NCBI GenBank assembly: GCA_002781785.1
Contig: PFGC01000037.1
Location: 13,589 to 77,588 of the forward strand
Origin: Candidatus Kerfeldbacteria bacterium CG15_BIG_FIL_POST_REV_8_21_14_020_45_12
Lineage (GTDB): Bacteria > Patescibacteriota > Patescibacteriia > UBA9570 > XYC2-FULL-38-9
Reading direction: 5' to 3'
DNA: 64,000 bases
The notes beneath the pieces were generated by a model. That model saw only the letters and a program-made list of their open reading frames with translations, did not search any database and was not told the origin of the DNA. The first letter of the stretch is position 1, and the number at the start of each line of letters is the position of its first letter. The translations under genes and the position numbers were made by a program. Of the stretch, positions 37,724 to 46,777 are shown piece after piece.

Positions 37724-38815
37724 ATGTCTAAAGACTATTACAACATACTCGGGGTGGAGAAGGGCGTTAGTGAAGATGAGCTAAAGAAGGCCTATCGGAA
37801 ACTAGCGCATAAGTATCACCCAGATAAAGAAGGTGGCGACGAAGCCAAATTTAAGGAGGTTAACGAGGCCTATCAGGTTTTGAGTAGCCCAGACAAGCGC
37901 AAAATGTACGACCAGTACGGCGAGGCCGGCGTCAACGGTGCCGCTGGTGGCGGACCAGGCGGAATGAATTGGGAAGACATCATGCGTCAAGGTGGTTTTG
38001 CCGGAGGTGGTCAGGGTGTTGAATTTGACCTAGGAGATATTTTTTCAGAGTTTTTTGGCGGCGGTGGACGCCGAGGTCAAAAACAGCAACAGCGCGGTAG
38101 TGATATTCAGATGGACTTGACCATGACCTTTAAAGAGGCTGCCTTTGGTCTTAAAAAAACCCTTAACGTGTTAAAGGGGTCTACTTGCAGTACTTGTTCT
38201 GGCAATGGTGCCAAGCCTGGTACTCCTATTAAAGAATGTACTACTTGCAAAGGGGCTGGTGTGGTTGAACAATTACAGCGCAGCGTGTTTGGAGCGGTTA
38301 GGTCGCACGTGGCCTGTGAGGCTTGTAAAGGTCGCGGTAAAACTGTCGAGACAGCTTGTGAGACCTGTCATGGAAAGGGCGTTGAACGCAAAGACACTGC
38401 CTTGGAAGTAGACATTCCAGCTGGCATTGATGATGGTCAAACAATTCGTATTACTGGCCAAGGAGAGGCCGGAGAATTTGGCGCACAGTCTGGTGATTTA
38501 TTTGTAACGGTTCATGTTAAATCCCACGATGGCTGGGAGCGCGATGGCGATAATATTTATTCAGAAACAGAAATTCCGTTTGCTACTTTAGTAATGGGTG
38601 GGACTATTATAGTGGATACCCTGGACGGTAAGATGGAAGTAAAAGTACCTAGTGGTACCGGCAGTGGTAAGCAGCTTAGGTTACGCGGAACCGGGGTAAC
38701 CCGTTTGCATGGTGGAGGCCGAGGCGATCACATTATTACCGTTCAAGTTGAGGTGCCTAAAAAAGTTTCGAGTAAGTATAAAAAGATTCTCAAGCAACTG
38801 TCTGAACTAGACTAA
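37724..38815 (+). CDS. dnaJ: Chaperone DnaJ
   Basis: HPD J-domain, G/F region, four CxxCxGxG repeats. Confidence 0.98.
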   Translation: MSKDYYNILGVEKGVSEDELKKAYRKLAHKYHPDKEGGDEAKFKEVNEAYQVLSSPDKRKMYDQYGEAGVNGAAGGGPGGMNWEDIMRQGGFAGGGQGVEFDLGDIFSEFFGGGGRRGQKQQQRGSDIQMDLTMTFKEAAFGLKKTLNVLKGSTCSTCSGNGAKPGTPIKECTTCKGAGVVEQLQRSVFGAVRSHVACEACKGRGKTVETACETCHGKGVERKDTALEVDIPAGIDDGQTIRITGQGEAGEFGAQSGDLFVTVHVKSHDGWERDGDNIYSETEIPFATLVMGGTIIVDTLDGKMEVKVPSGTGSGKQLRLRGTGVTRLHGGGRGDHIITVQVEVPKKVSSKYKKILKQLSELD

Positions 38816-38880
38816 GTAACACCGCCAATCGGCGGTGTTTTTACAAACAAAAAATCCCCTCATGGGATCAATTTTTTTAT

Positions 38881-39172
38881 AGAAAAGAGAGGTGGAGCTG
38901 GGTGGGAGGTCGGCCGAAGCTTACCCCCACCCAGCTAGCACTGTTGGTATGATCACTGTGGACTCCCCAGTCCAACGCAGGGCTTCCGAGGCCCTACTCG
39001 CCGGTCCCGCAGGCGTTATCGTTCCTTGCGTGGGGTCTCCAGTCCCACCGATAAAGCCAAGCCAGCTCAGTAATCACGGCTCTGGCCGATGCCCATGCGG
39101 CTCATCGACCAAAGGTCCCTCGTCAACGAGTGACAGCCCTCCAGCTGGTTCGTTAACGTCACCTCTAGCGCC
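38881..39172 (-). ncRNA. Putative ~290-nt GC-rich structured RNA of unknown family
   Basis: Promoter TTGACT-17-TAGAGT (39207-39179), string of hairpins including a cUUCGg-capped 11+ bp terminal stem, U-rich end; only ORFs of about 31 aa or less found on this strand. Confidence 0.55.
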
Positions 39173-39270
39173 GTCGGCACTCTATCTGAAGGGCCTTATT
39201 TAGTCAAATATAAAAAAAGAGGCGGGTCGATCAGCAGCTCTCCGAAATATTCCAGAGACCGATCGATCCG

Positions 39271-40068
39271 CTATTTGTTGCCAGGCGCGGCTGGGCTAGT
39301 GACCAGCACCAGTAGGCCATCACGGTTGGCGCGACAGCCGCCACTGGCCATTGCCTCCCTGACGATGGCTTCCAGCTGATCCGCCACTTGAGGTGATGGA
39401 TCCTCATCCTCATCGTTGATGAAGTAGATTCCACAGATGTAGCTCTCCTGGTCGCCATCATCGACCCCGAGCATGACCCGAGTGCCGATGGGCAGATCCT
39501 CGATGCTGCTCAGACGATCCTGGATGGTTTCGAGCAGTTCAGCCACGGCAATGCCTAGCTCGGCGGTTTCGAGCAGGGGCATGTCCACCTTGCTGTCACC
39601 GGAGAGTTGGATCTTCATGCGGGAGCGTTCAGACCAGTCCTTGATCTGGGCATCGCAGACGATGGTTGCTGCGATCAGGTCGCTCAGGCTTGCGTTGCCG
39701 ATCGGTACAGTCCTAGCGAACGGAAGATCGAGGTACACGTGGAAGCTGTGCTGTCGCCGGTGCTTGAGCCCCAGGGCCTCTACCATCTCGGCGAGATTGA
39801 AGAGCATTTCGACGGCTCGGGGCAGGCAGGCAGGTCCCAGTTCGCCGACCGGCAGCAGGATCAGCATGGTGTCTTCACCATCGAGCGCCACCGGGTTGTT
39901 CGAGTCCATCAGGTCGATGCCTTCCTCGATGAGATCGGCACAGACCTCTTCCAGGGTGTTGGGGAAGGGTTGACCCAGAAGTGAGGTCAGGTGACCTGCC
40001 GAGTCAGTAGCTGTGAACAGGATCGTCACCGATCCGCTTGCTCCAGTGAAGATGTCAGTCGGTGTCAT
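39271..40068 (-). CDS. GC-rich hypothetical protein, 265 aa; paralog 3, distantly like the leucyl-aminopeptidase (M17) N-terminal domain
   Basis: CTGGAGG-acag-ATG; promoter TTGACT-17-TAAGGT (40133-40105); long hairpin and tcttttttta after the stop. Confidence 0.7.
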   Translation of the reverse strand: MTPTDIFTGASGSVTILFTATDSAGHLTSLLGQPFPNTLEEVCADLIEEGIDLMDSNNPVALDGEDTMLILLPVGELGPACLPRAVEMLFNLAEMVEALGLKHRRQHSFHVYLDLPFARTVPIGNASLSDLIAATIVCDAQIKDWSERSRMKIQLSGDSKVDMPLLETAELGIAVAELLETIQDRLSSIEDLPIGTRVMLGVDDGDQESYICGIYFINDEDEDPSPQVADQLEAIVREAMASGGCRANRDGLLVLVTSPAAPGNK

Positions 40069-40201
40069 CTGTCCTCCAGTAGCACTCACCTTGAGCGCGA
40101 TCTTACCTTAATAGCAAGGGTCGATCTAGTCAATAAAAAAAGAGACCCTACACGCACCTGGAGAGGTGGGTAGGGGTGAGAGAGACTTGCTGCGCCTCTG
40201 C

Positions 40202-40918
40202 TCAGGAGCTGGGGTTGTCCGTGCGGCGCCGGGAACCTCCCGCGCCGAAGCGGCGGAGGAGCTCCAGCAGCGACTCGCTGCCGTCGGTCTGGTCGCGGAA
40301 GATGTCTTCGACGTCGAAGCCGGGGCTGAAGCCGACGAACCGCACTCGGACCAGCGTCGGACCACGCGAGGTGGGATGGCCGCTGTTGAAGACGCCGTCG
40401 ATGGCATCTTTGGCTGCGGCGAGCTCCTTGAGCTCACGGCAGACCCAGGTGGGGTCCGTGAACACCCCGACGCTCGAGGAGACGCGACCGGTGGTGAGCA
40501 GATTGGTGATCCGTCCGAAGCTCAGCCCTCCGAGCAGGGCGAGGGCCCAGCTGACCTCGTCGTTGGAGACCTGCCAGAGATCGGACGGATCGATGGCGAT
40601 GGCCACGTCGGCGAGGTTCTGGTTGGTGACGTTGGCGACGATCTGTCGTCCCGCCATCGTCAGGCGGTTTGCCAGGCCTTCGTCGATCGCCCCCACCGGT
40701 ACGAACATGACCTTGCGGCCAGTCTGGGTGGTGTAGATCGTCGAGGCGGCCAGAGCATCACCGCGGATGCGGCGATGATCGGCGTTGAAGATGGCTTCAG
40801 CCTCGACGTCCTGGTGGAAGCCGAAGAGGGGGACGCGACCGAGGCCGCAGTAGCAGGTGCTGACCAGGATGACGGTCACGGCGGGGAGCTTTCCAGAGAA
40901 CAGGGGACGGGGCTGCAT
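40202..40918 (-). CDS. GC-rich hypothetical protein, 238 aa; paralog 2, M17-N-like
   Basis: CTGGAGG-caac-ATG; promoter TTGACA-18-TATTGT (41028-40999); terminator at 40166-40134. Confidence 0.7.
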   Translation of the reverse strand: MQPRPLFSGKLPAVTVILVSTCYCGLGRVPLFGFHQDVEAEAIFNADHRRIRGDALAASTIYTTQTGRKVMFVPVGAIDEGLANRLTMAGRQIVANVTNQNLADVAIAIDPSDLWQVSNDEVSWALALLGGLSFGRITNLLTTGRVSSSVGVFTDPTWVCRELKELAAAKDAIDGVFNSGHPTSRGPTLVRVRFVGFSPGFDVEDIFRDQTDGSESLLELLRRFGAGGSRRRTDNPSS

Positions 40919-41105
40919 GTTGCCTCCAGGCTACAGCTGTGATGTTTGCTCGAAACCGAAACTTTTGAATTTGGGGATTTTACCCCTCGAGCCGCCTGAC
41001 AATACCGGATTAATTTGGTCTTTGTCAAGGGTTTTTAAAAAAAGATCGCGCGGCAGACTCGGAGTCTAGCGCACGCGAAGGTGGCGGGTGTGACCTGATC
41101 CTTCT

Positions 41106-41789
41106 CTAATCGCGGTAGAAGGGGGCCACGTCGATGGCCCAGCCACTGTTCCGCTCGATGGCGGCAAGCAGACGGTCGCCGAGGCGGCCGGCAGCCTTGC
41201 GTGGGTGTCGGATCGTCTGGCTGGTCTTGCGCCAGGTCTCCGCCAGTCGCTCTGACCGCTGCGCCCATGTCAGCCAGCTGCTGTGGATCCAGGCCATATC
41301 CCTGGCCGTCTGGTCGTCCACGACCTCCGGGCAGGTCACGAGCACCTGCGGGGCGAAGGGGGTGTTGCGCCAGCGAGCCATGGTAGCGACGGTCTCCATG
41401 CAGCCCATGATCAGCTGCATCAGGCAGGTGCCTCGCAGCTGGCCGGGGTCGAGTACCAGGCAGGTATGCGTGACCGAGAGGTGCTTCTGAATCAGCAGAG
41501 CTCCCAGGTACTGGCCGATGTGGCGGTAGTACAGGCTGCTCAGGTCACGCCAGTCCTGTCCGAGCCCGACCATGATCAGGGTGGCCGTACCCGAGACGGT
41601 GATCAGGGACATCACGTTGAGCTGGCCGGTGATGTCTGGGAAGCGGACGGCCGCGTCCATGATCGAGTTGAAGTAGCCTTCCGGCAGCTTGTCCGGGCTC
41701 GAGATGAGCACGGGCTGGTTGTTGTCATCGCGGCCCGTGAAGACGACGACGAAGCGGGTTGGTGCCAGGGTGAAAGGAACGGGGAGCAT
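41106..41789 (-). CDS. GC-rich hypothetical protein, 227 aa; paralog 1, M17-N-like
   Basis: CTGGAGG-cagtac-ATG; promoter TTGACC-17-TACACT (41871-41843); LIMVGLG motif; terminator at 41078-41036. Confidence 0.7.
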   Translation of the reverse strand: MLPVPFTLAPTRFVVVFTGRDDNNQPVLISSPDKLPEGYFNSIMDAAVRFPDITGQLNVMSLITVSGTATLIMVGLGQDWRDLSSLYYRHIGQYLGALLIQKHLSVTHTCLVLDPGQLRGTCLMQLIMGCMETVATMARWRNTPFAPQVLVTCPEVVDDQTARDMAWIHSSWLTWAQRSERLAETWRKTSQTIRHPRKAAGRLGDRLLAAIERNSGWAIDVAPFYRD

Positions 41790-41938
41790 GTACTGCCTCC
41801 AGTACGTCAGGGTGGTGCCGGCAGAAACTACCAAGCCGCCGCAGTGTATCCAAATATTTATTATAGGTCAACGCTTATTGTTAAATATCTAACTTTGTGG
41901 TATAATTATTTTAGAAAAAAAATCATTCGCAACTAGCG

Positions 41939-42628
41939 ATGAATGTAGAGGAACAGCCGATTTCAATGCGGTTGGCACAAGCCACCACTGAACAGGCGTC
42001 AAAGAAAAAAAAGAAAACTACAGACAAACAGGCAGATCAACAGGTTGAATCAGTTGAGGAGGTCGTCGAGTCAGGTAATACGACGGAAGCTACCACAACT
42101 CAGCCACCGGTTGCTGACCAGCTTGCTGAGATGTTTAATTTGGCTAACCCCACTTGGGATCTTTTTATTATAGTATTTTTTGCTGTATCGGCTTTGTTGT
42201 ATGGAATGTCCCTAGGACGTGATCGAATTATAGTAATTCTTGTATCAATCTATATGTCCTTGGCGGTAGTACAGGCTGTGCCAGACTTTGTGCTTAACAT
42301 CACGGTTAATCAAAGCTTTGCCTTTCAGTTTACAACCTTTATATCGTTGTTTGTTGTCTTCTTTTTTATGATCTCGCGATCGGCCTTGCTGCGAACGATT
42401 GGTTCAGGTGGGCAGCGCGGTGGATTTATAGCCACAATTATCTTTTCAATTTTGCACGTTGGTTTGTTGTTGTCGATTGCCATGTCATTCATGCCGCCAG
42501 AATTTTTACAACGCTTTGCGCCACTAACTCAAACTGTTTTTACAAACGAGTGGGCGGTGTTTGGTTGGATTTTGGCACCGATTGCCGCCATGATTGTATT
42601 TGGTCGGAGAGAGATTGAGGAAAAATAA
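41939..42628 (+). CDS. Multi-pass membrane protein with low-complexity N-terminus (CvpA-like topology)
   Basis: About five TM segments; TG-TATAAT upstream. Confidence 0.65.
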   Translation: MNVEEQPISMRLAQATTEQASKKKKKTTDKQADQQVESVEEVVESGNTTEATTTQPPVADQLAEMFNLANPTWDLFIIVFFAVSALLYGMSLGRDRIIVILVSIYMSLAVVQAVPDFVLNITVNQSFAFQFTTFISLFVVFFFMISRSALLRTIGSGGQRGGFIATIIFSILHVGLLLSIAMSFMPPEFLQRFAPLTQTVFTNEWAVFGWILAPIAAMIVFGRREIEEK

Positions 42629-42670
42629 AAGAACCAAACAGTAGACTACTGTTCGCTTAAATTTTTTTAT

Positions 42671-43642
42671 TTAAAGTTCAGCAGGAGCTTCGCGGCGGAT
42701 GTCTTGTACTATAGCTTCAACGTCTTCAATTGAGTCAACCTGAACGAGACGTTTTCTGTAAGAAGAAGCATGAGGAATGTCGCGCACGTACCATCCCATT
42801 ATTTTCCTGACTTCTACAAAAGGTCGGTCAGAATTAAGTTGACTGGCCAGGCGAGCATGTTCGACCATGGCATCAAGAATTTCGTTTGTAGTTAGTTCGT
42901 GATATGTGCCGGTTTCAAGATAGTCTTTGATTTGTTTACCTATCCAAGGTTTTCCAAAGGAACCACGAGCCAAAGCAACCCCAGCGCAGCCAGTATAATC
43001 TAGTGTGTGTTTAGCGGCTTCGGGAGTATGAGCATTGCCAGAGGCGATAACTGGGAACGGCACTATGTTCATAACTTCTTTTATGCAATCAAGATCTGCT
43101 GCTCCAACGTAGGGTTTTTCAAAACTACGTCCATGTACACACAGAGCCGCAATGGGTAAGTCTGAAATCAAACTAGCAAACTCACGGACGTGAGTATTTT
43201 TATAGCTCACTCTAGTTTTTACTGACACAGGAACTCGGCCGGCCACTCCGTCTAGAGTTGCTTCAATCACGGCTTTGGATAATCCAAGATCACCAAGTAG
43301 GGCACACCCGCCGCCGTTTTTAGCAACTTTTGGTGCCGGGCATCCAAAATTTATATCCACACCATCAAAGCCTAGGTCAACAATTTTTTTAGCAGCCTCG
43401 TAAAAATAATCTGGTTCAGAGCCAAATACTTGGGCTACTATAGGCCTTTCCAGATCGTCAAACTCCAGCATCTTCAAAGTTTTCTCTGAATTATGGTGCA
43501 GAGCATAAATTGAAATAAACTCGGGAAACAAAATATCTGAGTGGTACTTCTTGACCATCTGTCGATAGGCCTTATTGGTAATCCCGCTCATTGGAGCCAG
43601 ATAAATTAACGGTTTTGGTAGGTTTTCCCAAAAATTATTCAT
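42671..43642 (-). CDS. dusB: tRNA-dihydrouridine synthase
   Basis: LAPMSGIT, DINFGCPA, VSVKTR, VHGR, ARGSFGKPW. Confidence 0.92.
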   Translation of the reverse strand: MNNFWENLPKPLIYLAPMSGITNKAYRQMVKKYHSDILFPEFISIYALHHNSEKTLKMLEFDDLERPIVAQVFGSEPDYFYEAAKKIVDLGFDGVDINFGCPAPKVAKNGGGCALLGDLGLSKAVIEATLDGVAGRVPVSVKTRVSYKNTHVREFASLISDLPIAALCVHGRSFEKPYVGAADLDCIKEVMNIVPFPVIASGNAHTPEAAKHTLDYTGCAGVALARGSFGKPWIGKQIKDYLETGTYHELTTNEILDAMVEHARLASQLNSDRPFVEVRKIMGWYVRDIPHASSYRKRLVQVDSIEDVEAIVQDIRREAPAEL

Positions 43643-43706
43643 AATCGGCTGGGGCGTGCTGATTTAGGCAAGCTATCAATGCATTTAAAATATTGTGCGT
43701 AGCCTA

Positions 43707-45110
43707 CTAGAGTCCAAGTTGATCGTCAATTGGTTTTAGCACCGGACCGTCTTCGGTGTCGTCTACGGCAAAACCAAGTTTGGCAATTTTGTCTCGTAGC
43801 TCATCAGCGGTGGTATAGTCTTTGGCGGTGCGCGCCTCTTCTCGTTTTCCTATAAGCTTATCCATTTTTTTGCCGGCCTTCTGTAAACGCTCACGAAGTG
43901 AGTTGCTTTGCCGCATTAGATCTAGACCGAGTATTTTATCCATCTCAAATATGGTTATAGCTTTTACGGCCGATGTATCATTTGACTTTACCACTTCCCA
44001 CAATGCAGCCATGGCCTCTGGTAGATTTAAATCATCGTTGATGGCTGAGTGAAATTTTTCTAAAGAATCCGCGTTGCCGGTGGAGGCCGGTTCATCCCAA
44101 GTTGATAATAGATAGACAAGTTTATTGTACGCGTGTTGTGATTTGTCTAGAGTTTCCCAGCTAAAATTTAACTTTGAGCGATAGTGCGCGGTTAATGCAA
44201 AGTAACGGTAGGCTAGGGGATTAAAGCCTTTGTCGATGAGGTTGGATAAGGTAATAAAATTACCCACTGATTTCCCCATACGACCGTCATTGATTAGGAG
44301 AAACTCTCCATGCATCCACCAGCGGGCAAAAGGCTGATCGGTGACAGCCTCTGATTGAGCAATTTCGTTGGTGTGATGAACTGGCATATGATCGACTCCG
44401 CCGGTATGGATATCAAGAGTTTTTCCGAGATATTTCATGGCCATGGCAGAGCATTCTAAATGCCAACCTGGAAAGCCAGTGCCCCAAGGTGATTCCCATT
44501 CCATAGCTCGTTTTGAGTCTGTTGGGGAAAGTTTCCACAGCGCAAAATCTGTCGGGTGATGCTTTTCAATACTTTTTTCTACTCGAGCCCCTTCTTGTAG
44601 TCCGGAAATGTCTAGTCGAGCCATTTTTCCGTAATCTGGAAACTTAGATGTATCAAAATAAATTCCATCAGAGGTTGCATAGGTGTAGCCTTTGGCTTCG
44701 AGTTGCTTAACAAGCTCTATTTGCTCAGGAATATGTTCTGTGGCTCGAGGGCGTTGGCTAGCCGGTAAGATGTTGAGACGCTTAATATCGTTATGAAAGG
44801 CCTCTTCATAAAACTGAGCAACTTGCCAAACAGTCTTGCCCTCGCGGGCGGCTCCTTTTTCCATTTTATCATCGCCGGCATCAGCGTCGTCAGTTAGGTG
44901 ACCAACGTCAGTGATGTTCATCACGTGATTTACATCGTACCCGTTAACTTGCAGGGCACGGCGCAGGATGTCGTAAAACAAAAAAGTGCGCAGGTTGCCA
45001 ATATGCGCGTAATCATAAACAGTCGGACCACAGGTGTAGAGAGTGACGTAGTCGGGCTTAGCTGGAGTGAACTCCTCCTTCGATCGAGTCAGCGAGTTAT
45101 ACAGTTTCAT
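43707..45110 (-). CDS. cysS: Cysteine--tRNA ligase
   Basis: CGPTVYDYAHIGN, DFALWK, PGWHLECSAM, RMGKS (KMSKS variant). Confidence 0.98.
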   Translation of the reverse strand: MKLYNSLTRSKEEFTPAKPDYVTLYTCGPTVYDYAHIGNLRTFLFYDILRRALQVNGYDVNHVMNITDVGHLTDDADAGDDKMEKGAAREGKTVWQVAQFYEEAFHNDIKRLNILPASQRPRATEHIPEQIELVKQLEAKGYTYATSDGIYFDTSKFPDYGKMARLDISGLQEGARVEKSIEKHHPTDFALWKLSPTDSKRAMEWESPWGTGFPGWHLECSAMAMKYLGKTLDIHTGGVDHMPVHHTNEIAQSEAVTDQPFARWWMHGEFLLINDGRMGKSVGNFITLSNLIDKGFNPLAYRYFALTAHYRSKLNFSWETLDKSQHAYNKLVYLLSTWDEPASTGNADSLEKFHSAINDDLNLPEAMAALWEVVKSNDTSAVKAITIFEMDKILGLDLMRQSNSLRERLQKAGKKMDKLIGKREEARTAKDYTTADELRDKIAKLGFAVDDTEDGPVLKPIDDQLGL

Positions 45111-46049
45111 TTATTTGAGCCAGTGCTTTTTTGCGAAATACACGAATAGAATTGAAGTAGCGCAAATCATCACGATTATTATTTTCCAAAAATCATAAGG
45201 ATGACCATTAAATGGGCCAAATTTGGTATTCATTCCAAAAATTCCGGCCAGCACAGCACTTGGTAGTAGTAGAGTTGAAATGCCTGTGAGAGTTTTAAAA
45301 ATTTCGTTGAGGTTATGTCCGATTAAGCCGTCATTGGCCTCTTGCAGTGCCTCAACTTCTTCTTTGTTGGAATCAAGGGCTTCCCAGATATCAGCAGCGT
45401 CATTTACCAGTCCTTCGAGAAGTTTATTGTCTGAAAAAATTATCAACCCGCCTTTTTGTAGTGCGGTATCATTAAAATGCTGAAAGACGCCACTGTAACC
45501 TCGAACCGCTTTACGCATGTCAGTAATATTTTGTCGCATTCTGAGAATTTCCTTAACCAAACTTCGTCTGTCTTCAGTTTCATCGTAGATAGCATTTTTT
45601 ATTTTCTCTAACTCTTGATCAATGTGATCGATCATAGGATAGGTGCGATCAATTACCTCGTGCAGCATTTTGGCGATGAACTTGGAGCAATTATCGTTCA
45701 GTAATTCGTTCAACTTTTTTTTATCGGTTTTTAATTCCTCCCACAGTTCTTTTAAGGAAGGAATTTTCCCATCGTGAATAGTTACGATCCAATCCTTGCC
45801 GATAAAGGTATCAACTTCATCAATTTGGATGGTCCGAGATACTGGATCGAAAATTGGAACAACCAAGATCATGTAGGTGTAATTCTCGCGAATAACGATT
45901 TGTGAACGAAAAGTGCTGCGGAAAGCGTCCTTAAAATCAGCATCGTGAAAAGAAAAAGTTGATTTTAGTTCAGACTTATCTTTAGCGCTTGGCCTGATGA
46001 TGTTTGTCCAACGAAGGCCTTGTTGGCTTTTAATCTCTTGGGTGCTCAT
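45111..46049 (-). CDS. corA: CorA family Mg2+/Co2+ transporter
   Basis: LNEIFKTLT...AGIFGMN signature and two C-terminal TM helices. Confidence 0.92.
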   Translation of the reverse strand: MSTQEIKSQQGLRWTNIIRPSAKDKSELKSTFSFHDADFKDAFRSTFRSQIVIRENYTYMILVVPIFDPVSRTIQIDEVDTFIGKDWIVTIHDGKIPSLKELWEELKTDKKKLNELLNDNCSKFIAKMLHEVIDRTYPMIDHIDQELEKIKNAIYDETEDRRSLVKEILRMRQNITDMRKAVRGYSGVFQHFNDTALQKGGLIIFSDNKLLEGLVNDAADIWEALDSNKEEVEALQEANDGLIGHNLNEIFKTLTGISTLLLPSAVLAGIFGMNTKFGPFNGHPYDFWKIIIVMICATSILFVYFAKKHWLK

Positions 46050-46154
46050 ATGCTCTATTGTATCAGACTGACGGATTTGGTGGAAGCTGCCTATTGAATT
46101 TGTGTCCTATTTATGCTATATTGAAACTCATAAATGAAATGATCTACTAGTGGT

Positions 46155-46766
46155 ATGGTTGCCTTATTCGGAAAAAAAGAAAAGGAATTATCTATGGACC
46201 CTGCGGAACATGCGATAGGACGGGTAGCTACTCCTCATGATGTAGGGGGAGAACCTGGTTTTACTCGGGAGGGGACTCCAGTTGTAACTGAGAAACCACA
46301 AATTCCCGATCAGGCACTGCCTCAAGAAACTGTAGTTGAGGTCGCTCCGTCAATCGATCAGAATGTCGAGAATAACGAGCCTTTACCGGCGCCAACCGGG
46401 CAGTCGGTGATAGCTAGTGATGATCAGCCGGTTTCTATGGCTACGGCGGCTATAAAATCAGCAGCTCGCAAGCAGGTGGAAGAAATTTTATCGGAAGGAC
46501 TTACCCAGGTGTATCAAGGCATGACTCCGCAGGAGCAGCTAGAGTTTAGGAAAAAAGGTGAGGAGGCAGCCACTAAAATTGAAGCTTTAATGACCGGATT
46601 TAAGGCATCCGCCAAAAAAATTGTGGATATTATTCGTACTTGGTTGGCTACAATTCCTCGGGTGAACAGATATTTTTTGGAGCAGGAATCAAAACTGAAG
46701 ACAGATGATATTATTAAGTTGCAACGGAAGTTAAAAAAGAGTCGTCGGTCACGCATCGACGTATAA
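46155..46766 (+). CDS. Hypothetical protein (disordered N-half, helical C-domain) co-transcribed with the ATPase
   Basis: 203-aa ORF ending 11 nt before the ATPase gene; WL..IP.VNRYFLEQE.K.KTD motif. Confidence 0.75.
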   Translation: MVALFGKKEKELSMDPAEHAIGRVATPHDVGGEPGFTREGTPVVTEKPQIPDQALPQETVVEVAPSIDQNVENNEPLPAPTGQSVIASDDQPVSMATAAIKSAARKQVEEILSEGLTQVYQGMTPQEQLEFRKKGEEAATKIEALMTGFKASAKKIVDIIRTWLATIPRVNRYFLEQESKLKTDDIIKLQRKLKKSRRSRIDV

Positions 46767-46777
46767 CGGCTAGTTTC

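Noticed and set aside
38891-39140. Canonical tmRNA (ssrA)
   Set aside because: No TTCRANT T-loop, mismatched first acceptor pair, candidate tag does not end in Ala-Ala, and a competing terminal hairpin exists; kept only as an unknown RNA.
38880-41871. Prophage, IS element or integron cassette array
   Set aside because: No integrase, transposase, att or target duplications, or attC-type sites seen; each unit has its own promoter.
38892-41936. Long plus-strand ORFs (38892-39203, 39473-39973, 40166-40942, 41283-41936 and others)
   Set aside because: Shadow ORFs of GC-rich DNA; promoters, SD sites and terminators all point to the minus strand.
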